Shown here in pieces: positions 48,269-57,278 of a stretch of 64,000 bases of DNA. The notes beneath the pieces are model-generated. The model was not told where the DNA came from and did no database searches. It saw nothing but the letters and a program-made list of their open reading frames with translations. This DNA comes from Minisyncoccia bacterium (lineage in GTDB: Bacteria; Patescibacteriota; Minisyncoccia; SW-4-49-11): the NCBI GenBank assembly GCA_044356325.1, contig JBIKWJ010000003.1:36749-100748 (forward strand). The letters run 5' to 3'. The position numbers and the translations under genes are program-made. The number at the start of each line of letters is the position of its first letter. Position 1 is the first letter of the stretch.

Positions 48269-48520
48269 TTATTCTCGAGGCTTAGCAGGTTGAATAGAGA
48301 TTTCTCTTTCTAGAAGAGATGCTCCATCTAACTGTTGAATTGCTCGCTCAGCTTCTTCTTCTGTGGCAAATTCGACGAAACCGTAACCTTTGCTACGTCC
48401 CTCTTCTTTGTCAAAGATGATTTTTGCTGATATTACAGTTCCAACAGTCTCAAAAAGAGATTGTAAGTCCTGGTTTGTTGCTTTGTACGCAATATTTCGT
48501 ACAAATAGATTCTTGCTCAT
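48269..48520 (-). CDS. RRM-domain RNA-binding protein
   Basis: RNP-2 LFVRNI and RNP-1 KGYGFVEF. Confidence 0.75.
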   Translation of the reverse strand: MSKNLFVRNIAYKATNQDLQSLFETVGTVISAKIIFDKEEGRSKGYGFVEFATEEEAERAIQQLDGASLLEREISIQPAKPRE

Positions 48521-48661
48521 AATTTACATTGTTGAAGAAAGATTGCTCTTTCTTGCTAATACTTTATCTCCTGTCGACCTGCCTAAGCCCAGGATTAATA
48601 TCAATATACCATATATGTCAAAATTTGTACAATATTATCCACAATTTAGAGAATAATTGAA

Positions 48662-49606
48662 TTATCCAACCAAAATATCTTGTAAATCAGACACTAAGTC
48701 GAGAGCTTCTACATTTGGTCTTTGAAAAGCATTTCTTCCCATAATAGTTCCAAAAGCACCTCCTTCACGAATAGCTCTCACTTCCTCTTCTAAAGTCTCA
48801 GCATTTGTAAAGTCTCCCCCTGAATGAATAACAATACGATGTCCATTATAGGCGGCCTTCATAACAAGACCTATTCTGTTTTTGAGAGTTTTGGTATTGA
48901 GATTATCATAAATACCAAGTTTTTTATTAGATTCAAGTCCATATCCCTCAAGAGGAAGCTTTACCTTGATAATATGAGCTCCCAAACTAGCTCCAAGTGC
49001 AACTGCATAAGCGATAATGTCTACTGCTCGCTCTTGTCCTGGAATCAGCCCCTCTCCTCGAGGATATATCCATAATATGGTAATTAGTCCGGCCTTTCGA
49101 GCATCAGCTATTAATTCTTTCGCCTGTTGTTCTATTTGATTACTATGTATTGATCCTGGATAAAGAGTGAATCCTACTGCCTCACATCCTAGTCTCACAG
49201 CGTCCCCCACCCAAGAATGAATTGATGGTCGGGGATTTTTCTCATCAGGTATCATCAAATTATGAGAATTTACTTTCAGAATAGTAGGAACATTGTGACG
49301 CGCCAATAATTCAAAACCTCGCTCAAGAGATCCTAGTGGAGCTGCAAAAGCATTGAATCCACCATCTACCGCAAATTGTGCCTGCTCTAGGGGGTCATAC
49401 ATAATAGGATTGGGCTCAAAGGCCCTTCCTGGTCCATGTTCAAGAATTTGATCAATAGGAAGTATCATCAATTTACCGGTACCTCCAATTCTTCCGTGAT
49501 TAAGAATACGTAATAGATTTTTTTGCTGAGCTGGAGTATTGGTACTACGATACCAAGAAATAATTTCCTCCATACGAGCTTTATGTTTGGGTTTTGTAGA
49601 AGGCAT
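48662..49606 (-). CDS. Class I fructose-bisphosphate aldolase (DhnA/FbaB, archaeal-type)
   Basis: DeoC/LacD-family TIM barrel with a Schiff-base Lys in IIKVKLP. 314 aa. Confidence 0.55.
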   Translation of the reverse strand: MPSTKPKHKARMEEIISWYRSTNTPAQQKNLLRILNHGRIGGTGKLMILPIDQILEHGPGRAFEPNPIMYDPLEQAQFAVDGGFNAFAAPLGSLERGFELLARHNVPTILKVNSHNLMIPDEKNPRPSIHSWVGDAVRLGCEAVGFTLYPGSIHSNQIEQQAKELIADARKAGLITILWIYPRGEGLIPGQERAVDIIAYAVALGASLGAHIIKVKLPLEGYGLESNKKLGIYDNLNTKTLKNRIGLVMKAAYNGHRIVIHSGGDFTNAETLEEEVRAIREGGAFGTIMGRNAFQRPNVEALDLVSDLQDILVG

Positions 49607-49616
49607 AAAAATAGTT

Positions 49617-50303
49617 TTAGATATGTTTTTTTGATATTACATTATTTTCACTATCTAAATTATATACCAAAATATCCCCAATAGCAAATTCTACTCCTTC
49701 AATCTCATTATCAGACAAATGATCGAGATATTTTAATATAACTCGCAAGGTATTACCATGTAGAGATAATACAATTTGCTCATTATCTTGTAGAGCTGAG
49801 ATAATATGCCCCTCTAGATAAGGGATTACTCTCTTATAGGCATCATCGAGGCTTTCTGTACGAGGAAGCAAATCCTTAGAAACAGAAATATATTTAGGGT
49901 CTAAATAGGCATTACGAGGATCATCTAATTCTAATTCCGCGGGTCTCGTATAATATCCTCGGCGATAATTATGTAATTGTTCCCAAGATAACTCATCCAA
50001 AATATCTACTTTTGATTTACCTTGTAATTTGCCATAATGCCTCTCATTTAGCCTCCAGTCACGAGTTATCGGGATATTGGTTTGTCCCATTTCCTCTAAA
50101 ATAGTATCTAGGGTTATAATGGCTCTCTTCAATACCGACGTATATGCTCTATTGAATACAAAACCTTTAGTTTTAAGTTTTTGCCCCATTAATCGAGCCT
50201 CCTCCACACCCTCAGGAGTTAAATCAACATCAGTCCAACCTGAGAATAAATTTTGTTTATTCCATAAACTTTGCCCATGCCTTACTAATACCAATTTCTT
50301 CAT
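49617..50303 (-). CDS. gpmA: 2,3-bisphosphoglycerate-dependent phosphoglycerate mutase
   Basis: LVLVRHGQSLWN..FSGWTD motif. Start taken at MKKLV, which gives an ATGA overlap with the xth stop. The tracked upstream start at 50336 is less likely. Confidence 0.8.
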   Translation of the reverse strand: MKKLVLVRHGQSLWNKQNLFSGWTDVDLTPEGVEEARLMGQKLKTKGFVFNRAYTSVLKRAIITLDTILEEMGQTNIPITRDWRLNERHYGKLQGKSKVDILDELSWEQLHNYRRGYYTRPAELELDDPRNAYLDPKYISVSKDLLPRTESLDDAYKRVIPYLEGHIISALQDNEQIVLSLHGNTLRVILKYLDHLSDNEIEGVEFAIGDILVYNLDSENNVISKKHI

Positions 50304-51079
50304 TCTATTATATCTAATTCTAGTACTACAGGACAATGATCAGAACCATATACATCAGATAATATATAGGCATCCCTCACCTTGTCTTTTAATAATTCAC
50401 TGACAAAAAAATAATCTATTCTCCAACCCACATTGCGGTCTCGAGATCGCGTCTTCATATCCCACCAAGTATATAATTCTGGCTTATCTGTTTTGAGTCT
50501 GAGAGTATCTGTAAACCCATATTCTTGAGTTAGTGTATCAAGCCAAGCTCGCTCTTCTGGGAGGAATCCTGAGGTTTTGAGATTGTCTTTTGGGCGAGCT
50601 AAATCTATTTCGGTATGAGCAGTATTCACATCTCCTGTAATAATAATTTGCTTTGTGTGATAATCTATCCCTTTTAAATATTGTAATAAAGCTTCATAGA
50701 ATTTAAGCTTATATCCAAGTCTCTCTGGACCAGAACCTCCATTGGGGAAATAAATATTTATCAAAATAAATTTCTCATAGGTAGCAATTTGAATTCTCCC
50801 CTCTTGGTCAAATATATCATCTAACTTAAATCCTGTTTGTATAGATATTGGCTCAGTTTTGGAGTAAATTGCGACACCACTATACCCTTTGCGAATACCT
50901 GATTCAAAATAAGAAGTATATCCTGGTATATACAAAATATCATCAGTTAATTGCTCCCGATGAGATTTGGTCTCTTGCATACACAGAATATCTGGCTGAT
51001 ATTTTTCCAAAAAGGGCTGGAATAATTCCTTTCTTTGCAATGCCCGCAATCCATTTACATTCCACGATATTAATTTCAT
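50300..51079 (-). CDS. xth: Exodeoxyribonuclease III
   Basis: MKLISWNVNGLRA start, the ...QETK motif and a C-terminal SDHCPV. Confidence 0.85.
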   Translation of the reverse strand: MKLISWNVNGLRALQRKELFQPFLEKYQPDILCMQETKSHREQLTDDILYIPGYTSYFESGIRKGYSGVAIYSKTEPISIQTGFKLDDIFDQEGRIQIATYEKFILINIYFPNGGSGPERLGYKLKFYEALLQYLKGIDYHTKQIIITGDVNTAHTEIDLARPKDNLKTSGFLPEERAWLDTLTQEYGFTDTLRLKTDKPELYTWWDMKTRSRDRNVGWRIDYFFVSELLKDKVRDAYILSDVYGSDHCPVVLELDIIE

Positions 51080-51169
51080 ATAATTTTATGACCTATTGGT
51101 ATTATTATATCATAAAAACATGATATTTAGAATTGTATGTATGGTTTATTTCTGCAAAGTGAGCTTTTT

Positions 51170-51360
51170 GTCCTCCTTCGGAGGAGCTTTAAGTCCCTCC
51201 TATATTTATTTAGGAGGGGGTGGCATGGAGTGCCGGAGGTGGATGTCCGTAGAGTCGGCGACCCCGCCGACATTGGTTTCGTAGAGGCGACCTCTCAGTC
51301 CCTGCATTATCGTAGCGGAGGGTTTATCCCTCCACACGCAACCAATTCCGCTAATTACCC
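51170..51360. repeat. GC-rich mosaic hairpin repeat block R12
   Basis: Modules H, A and F. Confidence 0.7.
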
Positions 51361-51843
51361 TTGACAAAATTAGAGAAATGTGCTATATATCAAACGTTCC
51401 TATCGAGAATCATTATGAGCACTGAATTGGTTGAAATTACTCTTTTGATGAGGCAATCTTTCTTTGACCTTCTATCGTTTATTGAAGAAACGTATGGCCA
51501 GCCAAGAGAAGAAGCAATTCATGGATCTGTAGGTCTTTATGCCCGAAATAGAATTGAATCAAAAAAAGGAAATCGGTTAGCTTCAATACGCCATAATAAT
51601 ACTATTGTGAGAGCATATGAAGAGATTCAGAGTAATAACCTCACCCAATTAATTGAACTTAGACTTTGTGTACATGAATCTTTTGCTGAGGCGCTACAAT
51701 TGCTTGCATATAATGATAGAAAAACAAGGCCAGAAATACTACATAAATCTGTAAACCTATATGCAGAATATATGGCTGATTTAAAAAAAGGATATAGATT
51801 AGCTTCAATAAGATCTGATAATTCTATTGAAACAATCTATTAA
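51361..51843 (+). CDS. Hypothetical protein with two tandem repeats of about 62 aa (possible tandem ribbon-helix-helix)
   Basis: The repeats ELVEITLLMRQSFFDLL...GNRLASIRHNN and QLIELRLCVHESFAEAL...GYRLASIRSDN are clearly homologous. The real start may be the internal Met (MSTELV...). Confidence 0.4.
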   Translation: MTKLEKCAIYQTFLSRIIMSTELVEITLLMRQSFFDLLSFIEETYGQPREEAIHGSVGLYARNRIESKKGNRLASIRHNNTIVRAYEEIQSNNLTQLIELRLCVHESFAEALQLLAYNDRKTRPEILHKSVNLYAEYMADLKKGYRLASIRSDNSIETIY

Positions 51844-51936
51844 GATGTATCTTCATACATCTTCCAACCCTGGTAACCCAGGGTTTTTTCTTTTTCATAC
51901 AATCTACTTTTGTTTCAAAACACAAACACTATAGGC

Positions 51937-52298
51937 TAGTGAGGGGGCGTGGAGTTCTGTCTCCCTTTGGAGGGAGTACCCGTAGGGGGAGGGTGGATTT
52001 GTTTTTAACATATTAAATAATTAAAACTCTATCCACCTCCGACCTGACGGCCACCTCCTCCAAAGGAGGACATGATAGAATTAGAACCCTCCGCTACAAA
52101 ATACCGTCCTCCTCCGTCACCTTCGGTGCCACCTCCCCCACCTGTCTGCCATAGGTAGAAGGTAGGACAGTATTTCTGTCCCTGCCTGCCGTAGGCACGG
52201 CCTCGCTGGCGAGGGTGCCCGCAGGGTGGGTGTGGACTGAGCTTAGATTCCCCTCTTGAGGGGTATCAGGCTTACCTGACGGGGTGGAGGTAATTTTT
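51937..52298. repeat. GC-rich mosaic hairpin repeat block R13
   Basis: Modules H, D, B, A and C. Abuts the hisS stop codon. Confidence 0.75.
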
Positions 52299-53589
52299 AC
52301 TCAATCTCCCCCAAATCTTCAAGCAATACAATTTCCTGTTCTCCTGATTCCATATTTTTGACGAGTACTTCTCCGGCTTTCGCCTCATCACCTCCAAAGA
52401 ATATAGCCTCCGTATAGCCTTTACGATTGGCATATTGTAAAGCTTTTTTAAAATTGGTAATTTCTGGATACACGTCAAAAGCTATTCCCTGCTCATCTCG
52501 GAGGGCAACAATTGATTTGATATCATCTGTTACAGTCTTATCATTTAATAAAAATACTCCTATTTTAGTAGTATCTCCATATTGAATTGATTGAAACCAC
52601 TCTTGCTCCCGCAGAATTCCAAATAGACGACTTACTCCAATAGAGGCTCCAAATCCGGTAATAGGAGTATCAATATAATGGGATACGAGATTATCATATC
52701 GCCCTCCTGAACACATACTCCCAAAAGACTCCAACCCTGCCAGGAAACTCTCGAATACTGTTCCGGTATAATAATCCTGACCTCTTACTATAGAGATATC
52801 TATACTATAATCTTTAATTTGGAATGAATCTAAATACTGAATTAACTGAGTAAGCTCATCAATTCCCTCTTGATACAAAACATTATCGATATTCTGTTGC
52901 TGTAATAATTCTATTATTTCTTGATTATTTTTCCCATTTTCAAATAAACTTAATAATGTATCTATTACTAAATCTGGTGTTTGTATATCCCTGAGAGCTT
53001 GTATCCAATCTGCCTCCGATAATTTAGCTTTTTTATCTACAATTCTCAGAATTGAAGCTATATCTGTAATACTATATGAATCCAATAATCCTGCAAGAAT
53101 TTTACGATTGCTAATTTTGAAAGTAATAGCTGGTAATTCTAATATATCAATAGTATTCTGAATTACTGATAATATCTCAGCCTCAGCCAATCTACTATTA
53201 TTGCCCAGTATATCAATATCCGCCTGATATAATTCTCGGTATCGCCCCTTTTGTGGTTTTTCAGCTCGCCAGGATTTACCAATTTGATATATTTTTGCGG
53301 GTAATACTATATTGCGATTATGCTCAGCTATGTAGCGGGCTAATGGCACAGTCAAATCAAAGCGTAAACTCAAATCTCTATCCCCTTTTTGAAAACGATA
53401 TATTTCTTTATCTAATTCTCCTCCGGCTTTGGCTAGAATTACCTCAGAATATCCGATAGAAGCTGTTTCAATAGGAACAAATCCTGCATGTTCATATTCT
53501 TCTCGAATGGTATCCAATATGTAATTAAATTTCACCTGCTCTTCAGGAGTATATTCAATAAATCCAGATGGTAATTGGAATTTTGGCAT
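52297..53589 (-). CDS. hisS: Histidine--tRNA ligase
   Basis: Class II aaRS motifs plus HisRS-specific RYIAEH and SMCSGGRYDNL. Confidence 0.9.
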   Translation of the reverse strand: MPKFQLPSGFIEYTPEEQVKFNYILDTIREEYEHAGFVPIETASIGYSEVILAKAGGELDKEIYRFQKGDRDLSLRFDLTVPLARYIAEHNRNIVLPAKIYQIGKSWRAEKPQKGRYRELYQADIDILGNNSRLAEAEILSVIQNTIDILELPAITFKISNRKILAGLLDSYSITDIASILRIVDKKAKLSEADWIQALRDIQTPDLVIDTLLSLFENGKNNQEIIELLQQQNIDNVLYQEGIDELTQLIQYLDSFQIKDYSIDISIVRGQDYYTGTVFESFLAGLESFGSMCSGGRYDNLVSHYIDTPITGFGASIGVSRLFGILREQEWFQSIQYGDTTKIGVFLLNDKTVTDDIKSIVALRDEQGIAFDVYPEITNFKKALQYANRKGYTEAIFFGGDEAKAGEVLVKNMESGEQEIVLLEDLGEIE

Positions 53590-53600
53590 AATGCATTACT

Positions 53601-54086
53601 CTAAGACAATACTTCTAATACTTGCCCAGCATGCTTTAAGGGATTCACCTTTTTAAAATGTTGTATAAGCTTACCCTCCTCATCAATAAGGAATGTATCT
53701 CGCTGTATACCCATATATTTTTTCCCAAACATAGATTTCTCTTTCCAAACTCCATATTCCTGTACTACTTTTTTATCTGTATCGGCTAAAAGAGGGAAGT
53801 TGAGATTATGCTTTTCCACGAATTTCTTATGGGATTTTACATCATCTACACTTACTCCTAACACCACAATCCCCTTGGCTTCAAGGTCATTCATAGAATC
53901 ACGCATACCCTCTGCCTGAACCGTACATCCAGGAGTCATATCTTTTGGATAAAAGTATAATATTACTTTTTTACCCCGATATTGTGACAAAGTATGAGAC
54001 TTTCCATCTTGATCTTGTAGTGTAAAATCTGGTACCAATTCTCCAAATGTAGGCATATATTTTCTCTTATCGTATAGATTCATCAT
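53601..54086 (-). CDS. bcp: Peroxiredoxin Bcp/PrxQ
   Basis: YFYPKDMTPGCT peroxidatic Cys motif. Confidence 0.8.
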   Translation of the reverse strand: MMNLYDKRKYMPTFGELVPDFTLQDQDGKSHTLSQYRGKKVILYFYPKDMTPGCTVQAEGMRDSMNDLEAKGIVVLGVSVDDVKSHKKFVEKHNLNFPLLADTDKKVVQEYGVWKEKSMFGKKYMGIQRDTFLIDEEGKLIQHFKKVNPLKHAGQVLEVLS

Positions 54087-54115
54087 AGCATAATATCAAT
54101 AATACAGCAATTGAA

Positions 54116-54622
54116 TTATACTTTTCTTAATAAGCCCCTCAAAATTTTATAATCAGGACAATATCGAGCAACAATATTCCAAAATCTCACCGAATGATTC
54201 ATCTCTACCAAATGAGCAAGCTCATGTATTACCACATAATCCATCAATTCAGGCTCCAGAAACATAAGCCGATAAGAAAAATTGAGATTACACTTACTCG
54301 AACAACTACCCCAACGAGTAGTAGTATGCCGTATACTCAAGCGATTATAACTAAGTCCCATCACCTCTGCCCAATATACCACTCTCGCGGTAATAATAAT
54401 TCTTGCCCTATCTCTATGTTCCTGATAATGTTGCTCAGTATAGATATTTTCCGGAATAGTAGCCAATTTTTCTCGTATCCAATCCTGCTTAGATTCTACA
54501 AATTGCTTGGCAATATATTGCGGTACTCTTGGGGGAATAGTAACGATAATTTCACGGTTCGCATTGATACGAATACTCACTCGTTTTGTTTTATTGGATT
54601 TTTTAATCGTGTATGCTAACAT
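54116..54622 (-). CDS. YgjP-like (DUF45) zinc metallohydrolase
   Basis: HELAHLVEMNHSVRFW motif. Confidence 0.65.
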   Translation of the reverse strand: MLAYTIKKSNKTKRVSIRINANREIIVTIPPRVPQYIAKQFVESKQDWIREKLATIPENIYTEQHYQEHRDRARIIITARVVYWAEVMGLSYNRLSIRHTTTRWGSCSSKCNLNFSYRLMFLEPELMDYVVIHELAHLVEMNHSVRFWNIVARYCPDYKILRGLLRKV

Positions 54623-54652
54623 ATATTTAGTATATCATGTATCTATATTCTT

Positions 54653-55177
54653 ATGCGTGAATCATTTGAACAAATGCTAACAGGAGGTCATCCCAACTCA
54701 CTGGGACGAACATTAGAAGTAGTAGAATTAATACTTCAAGATAAAAAAAGAGTAGCTGAATTATTAGACACCTATTCATCATCAGATGAAGTAGTAAGAC
54801 TGCGTATTTCTAATGCCCTAAAACGCATATGCAAAGAACATCCAGACTGGATATATCCATACACCGATATATTACTCTCAAAAATTGCTAAAATTAATCA
54901 AGCATCCACCCAATGGACTTTAGCTACCCTATTTCGATTATTATCATCCTCCTTAACTACCGATCAAAAAGACCTTGCCATACAACATCTCAAACATAAT
55001 CTGGATACTCATAGTGATTGGATTGTAATCAATACCACTATGGAAACATTATTCACTTGGGGCAAAGATAATCCCCCATTAGCTGAATGGCTTATTCCAA
55101 GACTTAAAAAATTCCAACAAGATACCCATAAATCAATATCCGGAAGGGCAACTAAATACCTTATAGCCTTATCTTGA
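54653..55177 (+). CDS. HEAT-repeat protein, possibly DNA alkylation repair (AlkD-like)
   Basis: All-alpha repeat composition. Weak resemblance only. Confidence 0.3.
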   Translation: MRESFEQMLTGGHPNSLGRTLEVVELILQDKKRVAELLDTYSSSDEVVRLRISNALKRICKEHPDWIYPYTDILLSKIAKINQASTQWTLATLFRLLSSSLTTDQKDLAIQHLKHNLDTHSDWIVINTTMETLFTWGKDNPPLAEWLIPRLKKFQQDTHKSISGRATKYLIALS

Positions 55178-55367
55178 CTATATCTCTCTTATTCGGTACA
55201 ATATACAAGTACCTTTCAAATCTAATTCCGCGATAGCTTTACCTCAAAGCTGTCCCTTCTCGAAAAGAAGCAAGGGAATTAGAAAAAAAGTTAAAATCAG
55301 GACAAGGAAAAGAATATCTGAAATCAATTATGATTAAGAAATTCAATCTCAATTCTGACTAGATAAT

Positions 55368-55442
55368 TCCGCGATAGCTCAGCGGTAGAGCAGTCGACTG
55401 TTAATCGATTGGTCGTAGGTTCGAATCCTACTCGCGGAGCCA
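55368..55442 (+). tRNA. tRNA-Asn (anticodon GTT)
   Basis: Hand-folded cloverleaf. Acceptor stem UCCGCGA/UCGCGGA, anticodon loop CUGUUAA, encoded CCA. Confidence 0.9.
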
Positions 55443-55454
55443 AAACAAAATAAT

Positions 55455-55482
55455 GCCAGGTTTTTACCTGGTTTTATTTTTG
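55455..55482 (+). terminator. Rho-independent terminator after tRNA-Asn
   Basis: CCAGG-ttttta-CCTGG hairpin plus TTTTATTTTT. Confidence 0.55.
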
Positions 55483-55518
55483 TTATTGCTTTTGAGAAAG
55501 TAGGATGAGAAGTTAAGT

Positions 55519-55549
55519 AAAAAAAACCCCCCAGCAATGGCGCTGGGGG
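55519..55549 (-). terminator. Rho-independent terminator for the high-GC gene
   Basis: On the minus strand, CCCCCAGC-gccatt-GCTGGGGG followed by TTTTTTTT. Confidence 0.6.
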
Positions 55550-55616
55550 AAATAGAATGGGTGACAGTATAACCCTTAGGCGTCGCGAGTACTCTCGCGT
55601 GAGGTGTTGTTCCCTC

Positions 55617-55958
55617 CTACTTCCCCGCGGGCTTGAACAGCGGGTGCTGCCTGATGTCGTTGGTGAGGTGCAGGAGTAGTGAGAACATCGCTAGGGACAA
55701 CTGAGAAGCATTACCTTTCGATTTCACTTCATCGCAGTAGCACTCAACCTCCACTCCTGGGATCCTCAAGGCGTCCAAGACAGCTTTCACCTGGGCGTGC
55801 ATCTCCTGCAAGTAGTTTAGCCGGTCCGCTTCATCCACGAACAGGGTCTTTCGGACTGAGAGGGTGAGTGGTGAGCCCCCCTGCGGTATCACGACAACTT
55901 TGTCCCAATCGGTCGACCCTTGTGATGTAGCTGTGTCGAGGGTGGTGGTAGTGGTCAT
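55617..55958 (-). CDS. Hypothetical protein encoded by a compositionally foreign (about 55% GC) segment
   Basis: 113-aa ORF with a codon composition unlike the flanking 28-30% GC DNA. Has its own GC-rich terminator. Sits immediately 3' of tRNA-Asn. Confidence 0.45.
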   Translation of the reverse strand: MTTTTTLDTATSQGSTDWDKVVVIPQGGSPLTLSVRKTLFVDEADRLNYLQEMHAQVKAVLDALRIPGVEVECYCDEVKSKGNASQLSLAMFSLLLHLTNDIRQHPLFKPAGK

Positions 55959-56061
55959 AACTGCTGTCTAGGAATTTCCTTAGACATGAAGGTCTTGGTG
56001 ACTATATCATATTTATTTCATTTTGTCAATCTAATATAACTAAAGATATTTGTGAGGATTC

Positions 56062-56093
56062 TCCCAAACTATAGTGAGAAGGTAGTGGGGTAA
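56062..56093 (+). repeat. 32-bp direct repeat copy 1 (TCCCAAACTATAGTGAGAAGGTAGTGGGGTAA)
   Basis: 31/32 identical to 62332..62363. Confidence 0.7.
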
Positions 56094-56169
56094 TAATTTG
56101 ACAAAAATATATAAATTACATAGACTGTAACTAATTAGTAAACAAAGTCTATTCTCTCTTATACTATTT

Positions 56170-56901
56170 ATGTTTAACTTTTCTAAGACCAATAAGAACC
56201 CCGAGGGACTTATTAGATTTTATTCTTTAGAGAGTTTTTGGTTACAGAGTTTTTCACAAGAAGAAAAAGTATATATTGCAGAAACCTATCAACCGATAGG
56301 AACAAATAAAAAAGAGTCGCTTATAAAAGGATCTATTCTGGATTCAAGCCAGACAGCATCAATGTTTCTCTCAACATTAGCAGGTTGGTTTGATAATCCA
56401 AGAGATAGAAGTATAGCTGTAAGGCTTATTAGAAAATCTATAGACCTAGCTAAAGAAGGGGGTGAAAATTCATATATAGATTTAGATTATGCATTATCCT
56501 CGGCAATAACTATTCTATATAAATTAAGAGATGATGAAAAAATATTAGAAGAGGTAATTAACTTATGTTATTCTCAAATTTCAATCGCTAAAGACGTTTT
56601 CCCAAAACTATTAGTATTTTTCAATCCTCCCTATAATAAAAATGACTTTGATCCGAACACAAAAGTTTGGCATTCAAAAAGACAAGAGTATGTTTTGTGG
56701 AAAGACTACAATGAAGTAGCCGTAGATAAAATAATTCCAGGACATACAGGCTATACTCAATTAGTAATTATCTTAAAGAAACAGAAAAAATATAGCGAGA
56801 TAATTAATTTATGTGAACGGGCTAAAAAAGAGGGTTGGTCGGGTGATTGGGATAAAAGAATAGAATTTGCTAAAAAGCAATTAAACAAATTAAATAAGTA
56901 A
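56170..56901 (+). CDS. Hypothetical protein
   Basis: 243-aa ORF downstream of the 32-bp repeat copy 1. Confidence 0.4.
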   Translation: MFNFSKTNKNPEGLIRFYSLESFWLQSFSQEEKVYIAETYQPIGTNKKESLIKGSILDSSQTASMFLSTLAGWFDNPRDRSIAVRLIRKSIDLAKEGGENSYIDLDYALSSAITILYKLRDDEKILEEVINLCYSQISIAKDVFPKLLVFFNPPYNKNDFDPNTKVWHSKRQEYVLWKDYNEVAVDKIIPGHTGYTQLVIILKKQKKYSEIINLCERAKKEGWSGDWDKRIEFAKKQLNKLNK

Positions 56902-57192
56902 TCCGTTATAAGAAAGTGGTGGGGGGAAGGAAAAGTCAAGGAACAAAGGCACCACTTTAGAGTTTGGAAGGTTTAGAGATAGAATCTTATCAAATTCATC
57001 TCGCTTATTTTTGTATGCACTTTCGTCAAAGCTGTATTTTTTTATAATCTTAAAAGCTTTTCTAGCACAATAATCCTCTAGACGCTTAACCTGAGCGGGT
57101 AAAGAATTACCAGCTTCCCTTTGCTCTTCAGTTGATACTCGTGCTAATATTATTGCTTTCATAGTTTTAAAATATTGTTTGTAGACGTTCAA
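56890..57192 (-). pseudogene. Truncated serine recombinase (resolvase catalytic-domain N-terminal fragment)
   Basis: MKAIILARVSTEEQ...SLPAQ..RLEDYC matches a serine-recombinase N-terminus with the catalytic Ser. The frame collapses after about 75 aa and the HTH/DNA-binding domain is missing. Confidence 0.5.
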
Positions 57193-57278
57193 CTAGAGAC
57201 AATTTAATTTGTAGACGTTTAAATCTATTTTAACCTCTACAAATAGATTTGTCTATGTTTTAACATTCACAATTTTAT

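Noticed and set aside
49617-50336. Longer gpmA start at 50336 (MSCSTRIRYNRM...)
   Set aside because: The extension overlaps xth by 37 nt. The internal Met (MKKLVLVRHGQS) matches the conserved GpmA N-terminus and creates a canonical ATGA stop-start overlap with xth.
20868-52298. Possibility that the recurring GC-rich palindromic units form a CRISPR array
   Set aside because: Units are heterogeneous in sequence and length, occur in both orientations, are not separated by regular unique spacers, and are dispersed over 30 kb. No cas genes are present.
56890-57192. Calling the serine-recombinase-like ORF a functional resolvase
   Set aside because: Only about 75 residues of the catalytic N-terminus are recognisable before the frame degenerates into Pro/Phe/Leu junk. 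No DNA-binding domain is present. It is treated as a pseudogene fragment.
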